Translations under genes and position numbers: made by a program
The notes under the pieces: generated by a model
What the model was told of the DNA's origin: nothing
The model's input: only the letters and a program-made list of their open reading frames with translations
Databases searched by the model: none
Shown: positions 54,594 through 64,000 of the stretch, in pieces
How positions within the stretch are numbered: position 1 is the stretch's first letter
Layout of the letters: every line of letters begins with the position of its first letter
Source of the DNA: Camelus dromedarius
Taxonomy: Eukaryota
NCBI RefSeq assembly: GCF_036321535.1
Contig: NC_087436.1
Span: 41,914,001 to 41,978,000 of the forward strand
Reading direction: 5' to 3'
Length of the DNA: 64,000 bases

Positions 54594-55125
54594 TTTTTTT
54601 TCTTTTTCATATTCTTTATCATTATAGGTTATCATAAGCTATTGAATATAGTTCCCTATGCTAAACAATAGGATCTTGTTGTGTATCTATTATATATATA
54701 GTAGTTTGTATCTCCAAATCCCAAGCCCCTAATTTATCCCTCCTCCCCTCCCCTCCCCTCTGGTAACCATAAGTGTGTTTCCTATGTCTGTGAGTCTGTA
54801 TCTGTTTTGTAAATAAGTGCCATTTCAAGTTCATTTCTGCCATTCTTTTGGATTCCACATATAATTGATATCACATGGTATTTGTCTTTCTCTAATTGAT
54901 CTACTTCACTTAGTATGGTAATCTTTAAGTCCATCCATGGTGTTGCAAATGGCATTATTTCATTCTTTTTATGGCTGAGTAGTATTCCATTGTATATATA
55001 CACCACAATTTCTTTATCTAATCCTCCGTCAGTGGACATTTAGGTTGCTTCCATGTCTTGCCTATTGTAAATAGTGCTGCTGTGAACATCGGGGTGCATG
55101 TATCTTTTCAAATTAGAGTTTCTAG
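54594..55125 (-). mobile_element. 5'-truncated cetartiodactyl-type L1 (ORF2 end plus 3'UTR) with TSD
   Basis: The reverse frame gives KKNEIMPFATPWMDLKITILSEV. Poly-T lies at the left end, with attgaatatagttccctatgct. TSD catgagaatgctt (54581-54593) / catgagaattctt (55128-55140). Confidence 0.9.
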
Positions 55126-55224
55126 GACATGAGAATTCTTATCTCTACATTCTTATTTCAGGGTGCAGATGTCTTTAATACCTGGCCATCACTTCTAAAT
55201 GCATACTCAGTGCCCATTTTCACA

Positions 55225-55660
55225 TTCTTCCTAGTGAATAAAGCCAAAGTTTGCTCATGGATCCAAAACATCTAGATAAAGGACTGATTTTTCAGCTTTT
55301 ATTTCAGGTAGTGAACACTTAACATAATTCTGGCTGATTAGATGTAAGCATAAGTCATGGTATGGGACTTCCAGGAAAGCTCCAGGAAAGGAGGACAGAT
55401 ATGGCTGCTGTTTGCCCTTCTGCCCTTTGCTTTATTCCTTTCTCTTGCCTAGTATATGGTCCTATTGGCTGGGACTAAGACATCCATCTTAAAACTATTA
55501 AGGAAAGGCCAAGAGATTCAAGAGACCTCACTTCTGGCATTCTTGAACTTCTGAACCAACCACTTATCTTCAGATTTCCAGTTACTCAAGAAATATAAGC
55601 TATTATTTTCAATCCACTGGTTTTTATTTTCATTTTTGTTTTTCTGATACAAAGTTTGAA
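55225..55660 (+). mobile_element. Old MaLR LTR (MLT1J/K-like)
   Basis: ttctggctgattagatgtaagcataagtc...gggacttccaggaaagctcc...catccatctt. Confidence 0.55.
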
Positions 55661-58049
55661 CTCATTCCCTCTCCAATGCTTTTTCATTGCATTGTTTTCT
55701 CTTAAGCTGTTTTTAGATTTGCCTACATTCAAATTGTCCCATTGTCTATGACCTTTTGAAGGAATATTTATATAGAATATCCTAAATATATGGCTTAACA
55801 CTTTTTAAGAAATGTTGATAATGAAATTTATGCCTAATTATCAATCATTAGATAGCAGTTTTGTGAGTGAATTCTTAGAATGCTCAATGATAGCATAATT
55901 AACTTTCACTGGCAGATTTTAATTTTAATGCTTCAATGACCAAACTTGTTTTTATTATTAAATGATTAAGTTAATCAAGAGCCAAGGTTTTCAAGATTTT
56001 TTTTTTAATTTAACCCCTATTCTACTGAGTATACCCTATTTAAATTGGATAATCCACCAAAAGCATGAATTACCAGATGTTTTTCTTTTTCCTTTTTTCC
56101 CTCTTTTGTTTTTTAAATTTGAAACATTCTTTCAGCTTGATAGTTTCTTTTAGACTTCATCTCTAGTGGCTGAACATTTTCATCATTCTGAGATTACCTC
56201 TTGAGAGTCAACACTTCAGTTCCCTGCAGTCATTTCTGCAGTAACGTGAGCAATATGAGAATATGAGAAATTGTGTTCAAACATGTTGACAGCAGAGAGA
56301 GTTAAAGCTGGTTAATAATACAGCAGAATTGGAGTCTTGAAGGGGAGTTGTTTTGAGATGAAAATTGTGTCAATACTTTAATTTCCAAATACGATGCCAC
56401 TTTAACATGAAAGATAACAAAATGGAAATATAGTATTTGGTATGACAACATGTCTATAGAAAAATAGAGTAATTTAATCATCCTTATAGGCAGTTACTTA
56501 AGTGATCATAATTTACTTAAGATTTTTGATTATATAGGTACCATTTATTAACATAAGCTTACTTTTTGTCTGATGAAATTTACTTTACATGATAGTAAGA
56601 TTTCCACAAAATTGGGAACAATCACAGATGGGAATTATTTTAACTCTTAGAAGAGGCACAGGATGTCACAGAAGGACAAAATGTAATAACACCTTGTATT
56701 TTGGAGGTAGGGGCAGAAATTTACAATGAGAGGGATGGTTCATTCCTCCACCAAATGTTTAAAGCAGTTTCCATAAATGCATTAAGCTGACATTAAGGGG
56801 AAAAAATGACTCCTAAGGGAAATTTCCGCTTGACTCAAAAAATAATATTAGAAATATATTCCATTGCTCAGAGTAAGTAATAGTTTATGCAAATCTACTT
56901 CTGCAAAGTGATGGGCTTAAATTAATTATTCCAAATCATCAGCTATATTATTGTGGAAGCATCCAAAAAGTTTGGAAATATGTGCAAAATTTAAAAATGA
57001 AGGACATTCTAGCCAACTTCAAAAAGGGCAAGTTGCCTCTTTAACTTGTCTGCTTCAGACACACCCACCCACCCACCTGCACACATACCCCTAAGCATTT
57101 CACTTAAACCACTGTTTTACTCCAGGAACGTAAGCAATCAAATAGAAGATTGGCAAAAAAAAAAAAAAAAAAAGAAAAGAAAAAGATGTATGTCATGAAT
57201 AGATATTTGAGGTACTAAGAATGGAGAGTTATGGCAAGGTAAATCAGGTGTATTATTTACTTGAGATAAAATTACAAATGAACATACTGTGAAAATGCTG
57301 ATTTGTATTAAGCAAAATTATTTTGAGTATCTTTTTTTTTGCATCTTTCTGCTTACAGTCACTATAGAAATGTCATAATGGGATGGATAATGCTTCCCGT
57401 TTCCATCTGACTCTTTACACACGTTAGAATCTTGAACGTTATTCCTTCCAGCGTAAAGTCATTGTTAGAAGCTCCAGAATTTTAATATCTGGTATCATTT
57501 CTCTTGCTACTAAGTTAAATCTAGAACCAGAACTTTCCATGCAGCAGAGGCAGCAGTGAGGAGAAAGGTACTGAGATGCCATTCTGGCATTCCTTGAGAC
57601 AGCCTCATCTCACATCTTTGCTGCCCCTCCCACTTCTCAGGTCCTTGCTTTTCTCCTTATTCAGCTTTTCTCAAGAACCAATCAGCACTGGCATTCCCTT
57701 GAATCCTTTCTGAACTTCTTTAGGCTTCTGGATTCATCATATTCCCCTGTAAAGCCTCAACTCCATTTAAATCCAAATCTCTACCTAGTCTATGCCTGTA
57801 ACCCTGAAAATGAATGTGGCTGGGACCAACACTGAACTGTTCTCACTTTAAAGCCAAGACCTCAGTGGCCACAGACCTCAAGTGGCCCCTCATTGCTGCC
57901 CAGAGATTAAGCAACAAGTCCTTATTTTGTTCCTAACCTTACTCTCCTAGATCACCGTTTCATACCTTCTCTTTCTGTAAACTATGATACATCTTGCCCC
58001 TCTACACTCTCAACTGATGAGCGTCAATATTTCACTGGGGAAAAAAAAC

Positions 58050-58085
<36 letters not shown>
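58050..58085. repeat. (GT)8(AT)9 compound microsatellite
   Basis: Directly visible. Confidence 0.95.
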
Positions 58086-58499
58086 AATAGAAAGAGAACT
58101 TCTGCATGCCCCATTACTACAACTACTGCTTCAACGTGGTGATAACAAAATGGAAATGTAATAATAGGTTTGATTTTAATTTGAAATGTGAAGGTGTCTA
58201 CACAGAAAAAAAAATTAAAATTATAATATCTTCATAGTTAGTTACTCAAGTGGTCATAATCAATTAGTAAAGTCTTTTTGAATGCATAAGTACCACTTAT
58301 TCCCAGAAACTGTTAGCAGTGACCGAAATACATATTGCGGACCGGCGTTCTGTGAGGGCAGCACACAGTCTTGGCTTCTGTCTTAAAACAATGAATAAAA
58401 GAACTAGAAATGCAAAAACCATCGTTTTATACTCTTGAAACTCAATTCTGTCCCTTCCCAACTGTTCAAGAAGATCATTCCTGGCCCTCTGCCCAGAAG

Positions 58500-59530
58500 A
58501 CCCTGCAGGGACACAGCCCTGCACGTCCGGAGCTTGTGAGGCACAGGGTCCAGCCCGCAGCACCAGCGCCCCCGCAGCGATGCCCATCTTCGCGCGGGGA
58601 GAGAACGGCAGCCCCGCGTGGAGGGTCGTGGGCTACGACGCGGCGGACACGCGCCTACAGATTCTGGGCAAGCCGGTGATGGAGCGCGGGGAGACCCCCA
58701 ACCTGCACGCGCTGACTGCCGCTGCCGCCTCCAAAGGGGCCCGGGTCCTGGAGGTGGGCTTTGGCATGGCCATCGCAGCCACGAAGGTGCAGGAGGCCGG
58801 CCCCCAAAGACAAGTACTGAATCACTGAGTGCAATGACAGTGTTTTCCAGTGGCTGCAGGACTAGACCTGGCAGAGCCCCACAAGGTAGTTCCCTTGAAA
58901 GGCCTGTGGGAGAACGTGGTGCCCACCCTGCAAAAAGTCACTTTGATGGGACCCTGTACCACACATCTGAAGAGACTTGGCACACACACCAGTTCAGCTT
59001 CATTATGGACCCTGCCTTCTGCCTGTTGAAGCCAGAAGGAGCCGGGGAGCTGAGGGGAGGTCCTCACCTACTGCAGCCTCACCTCCTGAGAGGGGAGCTG
59101 ATGAAGTTCAAGTACTCAGACATCACTACCACGTTCCAGGAGACGCAGGTGCCCTCCCTGCTGGAGGCGTGCTTCAGACAGGAGAGCGTCCACACACAGG
59201 TCACAGAGCGGTCTCACGGGCCAAGTGCGGCTGTTCAGCCTGCCTTCCAGCGGATGATCACATCCCTCCTCACCAAGCACTGAGCCCACCCCTACACCAT
59301 CCCGAGGACTCTGGGCTTCAAGAAACCCCAATCCCCATGCCCCTATTCAGAGCCATCGTCGGGGGCAGTGCAGGCTGTGGACTCTCAGACCCGGTACACA
59401 TGCACACCAGCTGCGTGGCGCCAGCAAACTCCCCTAACCTTCTAACGGGATTACCACTACCTTCCTCCCAGGGCCTTGAGGATAAATTAAATGCTAACGC
59501 TGGGTTTCACCAATTTCGGTGGGAAAACAG
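58500..59530 (+). pseudogene. GAMT: Processed (intronless) pseudogene of guanidinoacetate N-methyltransferase
   Basis: Continuous GAMT-like peptide across frames: (T)[64 protein letters not shown] / ECNDSVFQ / [17 protein letters not shown] / [17 protein letters not shown] / [36 protein letters not shown] (stop 59281-59283). No introns. The ancestral ATG reads ACC (58562-58564). Premature stops TGA 58818-58820 and TAG 58863-58865, frameshifts and in-frame deletions. A GAMT-like 3'UTR with ATTAAA at 59486-59491 is followed by an A/CA-rich tail remnant. The 5' boundary is approximate and no clear TSD was found. Confidence 0.95.
58501..58800. promoter_or_regulatory. CpG-island-like segment at the 5' end of the GAMT retrocopy
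   Basis: Hand count of 30 CpG in 300 bp of GC-rich sequence in an otherwise CpG-depleted window. Regulatory function is not shown. Confidence 0.5.
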
Positions 59531-62500
59531 TACACACACACACACAGTTTTCCCCTCTCTAAATCATTTCCTTCTCTTTAAACATGCTTTTTTATTTCTC
59601 TCATCTTTACATAATACTATGCTTATGTTGTTTCTCCCTCCAGATGCAGCACCATTTCTTGACTCTACATTTCAGCAAAACTTAAATAGTAAACTCACTG
59701 TCAACATTTCAGCTTCCCCTCTTCTCTCTTAAATCCAGTCTGATTTGCTTGCCCGTCACCACTCCACCAGATCTTCTCTTTTCCAGCTCATTAAAGGACA
59801 ACCAGTGTTAAATCCAATGGGCAATTAGTTCTCATTGGAAAGTCCTGGTATTCATCCCATCTCACATGCAATACTCTTTCTCAATATATTTTCTGGATGT
59901 CTTCTCTCTGACTTCTTAATGCTAATCTGTCTCAAAGATTTACCCTTAGACCTCTTCTCTGTTTACACACTCATTCTGTTGGTGATCTTAATGAGTTTTA
60001 TGACTTAAGTAAAATTGATATGTTGATAACGCACCAAATTTAGGTCTCCAGCTGAACTCCCTCGTCTAAATGCTGAGCTTATTTATTTGATTTCCTACCT
60101 GAGATAATCAATTGGCTGTCTAATCTCAAACATATGTCCTATCTTTCTCCCCCAAAGCTGTTTAATTTTTAAACTTCCCAGTCTCACTTGATGGAGTGAG
60201 ACTGGGAATCCCTCTAGTTGAACACTTTCTCTCATGTTTCATATTCAGTATTCAAGCCAGCATCAAATTCTGTGACTCCACCTTCACAACATACCCAGAA
60301 CAAAATCACTTCTCACTATTACCTTGTCCCCACTCTGCTCCAAGCTATCAATATCTCTCATCTAAACTGTTACAGAAACTGGCTCCTACTGTCCTCCTTA
60401 TTTCCTTTTAGCCAGCTCTCGACATAGCAGCCAGAAGAATTTTTTTTTTTTAGTGATAGTCTACATCATCTATCTGCTCAGAACTTTCCAGTAGTAGCTC
60501 CTCATTTCACCCAAGATAAATACCAACACCCTTATTCTGGCATGTAAGGGCTTAAATGATCTGCACCCATTCCTTCTTGCCAGTGATACTGCATCGTACA
60601 AACTCTGTCAAAGCGTAGTCAGTGTGAGTGGTGCCCACTGGGCTCATACAGTAAATAACTGACAAGGCTTCTTGCAGAAACGCTGCCTCTTGACATCATC
60701 TCTTGCTATTCTCCCCCTTTGCTAATTCTGCTCCAAAAACAATTGAATTCTTATTCTTCCTCAAAAATACTTGAGGTGCTTTCAACTAAGAGCAATGTAA
60801 GTACAGTCCCTTCTGCCTGGAATGATCTTTTGCAAGTTATCTGTACCACTTCATCTCTAACAAATTTAGACCTTGACTCAAAAGATTACCTTCTCCATGA
60901 GGCCCTCTCTGAATAATCTGTTTAATATTGCAGCCTACACCTCTTCATGCCTCTCTTTTTCTCTGCTTTATTTTTTCCTCCAGAGTTCTTAGCACCTTCT
61001 AATATATTACACAATCTACCTTCTTGTTTTTTGTAATCTTGGCTGCACCCCACTGAAAATATAAGCTTCCTGGTGGCAGGGATTTCTGTCTGTTTTGTTC
61101 ACTGCTATAACCTCCACATCTATAATGGTCCCAGGTACATTATGTTACATAATAAATATGTGTTGGATAAAGGAAATTAATGGACCAAAATGTGTTGAAC
61201 ATTTTGATTGTCAGTGAAGTGGGAATTCTGACCACAAAAAGTTAGCAATGCAAGTACCTAATCAACCATATTTTATACAGCATGAATGAAGACAGTTTTC
61301 CTGTTCTCTTTAAGCAGCGAAGTAGATCTTCAGCAGGGTCAAGATTATTAGAGGAATGTGTCTCAATTGCCCAAAATAGCTCTACTTAGAACTGGAAAGT
61401 TCACACTATAGAAGCAATGCCATTGCTGTGCTATTTCTTTTTCAAAAGAAAAATCCATTTGTAACACAGAGCTCTCCAGAGATTTGTCACCATTTACTAG
61501 GCTACCGTCCAAAAACTGTCAAGACTGACCCAGCCAATTTCCAGGGTCACACAGTCATTGCTTTTATCACTTATGAAAACAGAAGACAATTTTAGTTCCC
61601 AAAACACGGTGCAAAATAAATGATCCTAGGACCATTCTTACAGTTGACAATATGATTCCAAGTCCTTATTAAAAGGGGAAATAGATAATGAGATCTGTTT
61701 TCTTTAGCACCAGTGTCACTCCCTGGAAGCTGTGTATTTAGGAGGACAAATCAGTACTGTAAGTTCAACAGGGTACTTTCCAATGCATGATCTCTTTACT
61801 ATAAGTGCATTCATTTATGCAATCTTTATTTCATTTATTTTTCTTTTAAATTTATTCATTAAATATTTATAATGAATTTATTTAATGAATTTTTGTCTAT
61901 TATTTCCTTAAAAAATATTTATTAAACACCAACAAGGTGCCGGGCATGTTGCTAAGCCCTGGGAATATAGCACCATCCTAAACGCGTTAGGTCTGGTTTC
62001 ACAAGCCATGTCTCCTGGAGTGCAAACAGAAGGTGACAATAATAGGGAGAAAATGCTGTTTGGCTGGCTCTTCCTCCTCTCTGTATCAAGACCTCATTCG
62101 GGTTTCTGTATTTGTGGTAGATCCAGGGAATGTCTCCTATGTGTCCATGAGCCCAGTCCTCCTAACTCTCATTTTTCTCCTTTTTTCTCTAGTTCTCTAT
62201 GCTAGGTCTTCTAAAAAGTATCTACCAGTGACTGACCACAGAATTGTTCTTTCTAAGTCTTCATGTGAAGCCTGCAGATCCTTTTGCTTATTTATCAAAA
62301 TGTGGTTATCCTCACAAGGGGATATTGCATTACATGCTGGCACAAAGGTGTTTGCAGTCATCAAAATTAATCTATTGGAGCAATGTTCTTTCAGTAGAAT
62401 TTATTTCCCTTCATTATGTACAACTATAACATATGGTTTCACCATGGTGTTGACCCATGACATTTATTATTTATGTAGACTAGTCTCCTAGTTATTTTCT

Positions 62501-62739
62501 CTACACACTAGTCATTAGCTGATCAGTGCATAAGACTTAACAGTCATATATAGAGAGATAGATACATAACATGATAGTATCCAGCTAGACGAATTGGTGT
62601 TTCAGTGAGTTTTCTTGGAGAAATACTGGGCAGCGTTTTAGCAAACTCTTCCTCTTTTCCTAGAATTCAAACTACTAACATCTCACCTGAACCCCTTAAA
62701 CCTTTTATACTTATTAGAAAGGGGCAAAAACAACCTTTT

Positions 62740-63170
62740 TAGTCAGATTTCCATGACAGAAGCAGAAGCCATTTGGAGTCATTTTAAACAAAGAAAATTT
62801 TTATTCTGCAATTTAAATGCTTCCAAAAACTTTGAAAGGGCTGATGGAGCAGACTCTAGACTGTACTCCTCTGGGACTTGCAGAGCCAGACAGAACTGCT
62901 TCCCTAGGGCAGCGACCGCTTCTAACACTGCTACTGGAGCTCTGACAGAGGCAATAAATTTCCAGTGCTGCCTGCAAATGGGCAACGAATACTGCTTCTG
63001 AAAAGATCTTACATACCAGCAACAGGAGCCAGGAGCTGCCAGACTTTAGCACCTCCCTGTCTACTGCCTTCTGACATCTGTCCTGAGGACTTCTAATTGG
63101 CTGAAACTTGTTTGCCTCAAAAATGATAGCTGCAGAGTTCGGGAAATGGAAAATTTTGCTTTATAACCCC
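62740..63170 (-). mobile_element. Old MaLR LTR (MLT1-like)
   Basis: ttttaaacaaagaaaatttttatt...gaaagggctgatggagcagactct...ctaattggctgaaactt...tagctgcagagttcgggaaatg. Confidence 0.5.
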
Positions 63171-63299
63171 TCCAATTAAAAAATAGAGCAGTAGGAGTTC
63201 CAATTCAGAAATATGTATTAAAATCAATTCCCTTTTGTCAGTAAAGTACTTCTCGTCATTAACTGAGAGTGGGGAGAGAGCCACGATAGTAACAACTTA

Positions 63300-63515
63300 G
63301 AAAAGCAAAAGCAATGTGTCTAGAAGACTTGGGTATATTTTCTAGCTCTGGTATTTGTGAACATGAGCAGATCATTTTCCTCCTCTGAGACTCAGTTTCC
63401 ACATTTGATAAGAGCATCCGGGCTACCTCATAGGGTAATCATGAGGATAATGTTAGACACAAATGTAAAAACACTTCATAAATATCAGGTTCTAAGCAAA
63501 TGCAAGCAGATCTGA
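63300..63515 (+). mobile_element. MIR SINE
   Basis: ctagaagacttggg...cctctgagactcagtttccacatttg...ctacctcatagggtaatcatgaggata. Confidence 0.75.
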
Positions 63516-64000
63516 TCAGTGAGAATGATTCAAGAAAAATTAAATGAGTTCACTTCTATTACTGTTAGCATGTTGGTGCTAAACAGATTTAATTTTATTC
63601 TAGTTTTTGGAAAGAGATGACCCTACTTTTATATGGTCGGTAAATTATCACATTATCTCATTTTCCATTCAACTGGCAATTTAATGTAACTGGGAAACTA
63701 GATCAAGAGACATTCCCCTGTAAATACTTGTGGTGTCATGTTATATTATGATATCATAGAACTCCTAGATCCTGTAAGATACATTGTTTTAATAAATAAT
63801 AAAAGCCATGTTTGGGTTACTTTACTTTGTCATTTCTGTGTCTAATTTTATAGTCTCAAATGCTTCCTACAGTCACATTAGAAAGTATTTCAGATTTTGT
63901 AATTTTTGTGATCTTGTGTAAATATTTATTTAGTTCACCTTTTGGTTGACCGAATCACTGTGAAGTTTTAAGCTCCAGACAGTAAAGAATGACGGTTTCT

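Larger units (their letters stand above)
57690..61180 (+). mobile_element. Long degraded L2a, interrupted by a microsatellite, a possible hAT remnant (about 58135-58370) and the GAMT retrocopy
   Basis: L2 ORF2-like ttaaatccaaatctctacc, tatttcactgggg..agagaacttc and ttcaagaagatcattcc. After the retrocopy: ttttcccctctct..aaacatgct, aaatccaatgg, cattcccttctgcctggaatg-like sequence, and the 3' end ataagcttcctggtggcagggatttctgtctgttttgttcactgct...aataaatatgtgttgga. Confidence 0.8.

Noticed and set aside
58618..59732. The longest ORFs in the track (221 aa and 251 aa) as novel genes
   Set aside because: They are shifted or chimeric frames of the GC-rich GAMT pseudogene running into L2 sequence. Only parts match GAMT.
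205..63052. The many 60-150 aa ORFs in the six-frame track
   Set aside because: Low-complexity F/L/I/K-rich translations of AT-rich intron or repeat remnants, with no recognisable domains apart from L1 and GAMT fragments.
42932..64000. Further NDST4 exons
   Set aside because: I did not find the expected next coding sequence by eye. It probably lies beyond the window, but a spliced alignment is needed to confirm.
1..64000. CRISPR arrays, operons, tRNA/rRNA genes or prokaryotic defence systems
   Set aside because: The sequence is mammalian intron. No regularly spaced repeat-spacer arrays or structural RNA genes were recognised.

Overview
AT-rich, CpG-poor mammalian genomic DNA, not prokaryotic. 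The whole window appears to lie inside the heparan-sulfate N-deacetylase/N-sulfotransferase gene NDST4 (+ strand). Two internal coding exons that the ORF track misses are visible at 36070-36157 (88 bp) and 42777-42931 (155 bp), both with canonical AG/GT ends. The rest is intron filled with old eutherian repeats (L1M, L2, MIR, MaLR/ERVL LTRs, hAT-Charlie MERs) plus a few younger L1 3' ends with target-site duplications (TSDs). Those L1 ends and the lack of ruminant or pig SINEs suggest a cetartiodactyl, most likely a camelid (inference). The standout element is a full-length, intronless GAMT processed pseudogene (about 58500-59530), inserted in sense orientation into an old L2 in the intron after the second exon. 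Its 5' 300 bp holds 30 CpGs, apparently including newly gained ones, while the next 300 bp holds 2, which is reminiscent of retrocopy-derived intronic CpG-island promoters/DMRs. Secondary oddities are a 127-bp degenerate palindrome and several short apparently templated insertions. Repeat family names are recalled from consensus sequences, their boundaries are approximate, and no search was run. I see no evidence for a novel multi-gene system; the retrocopy CpG island is the best lead.
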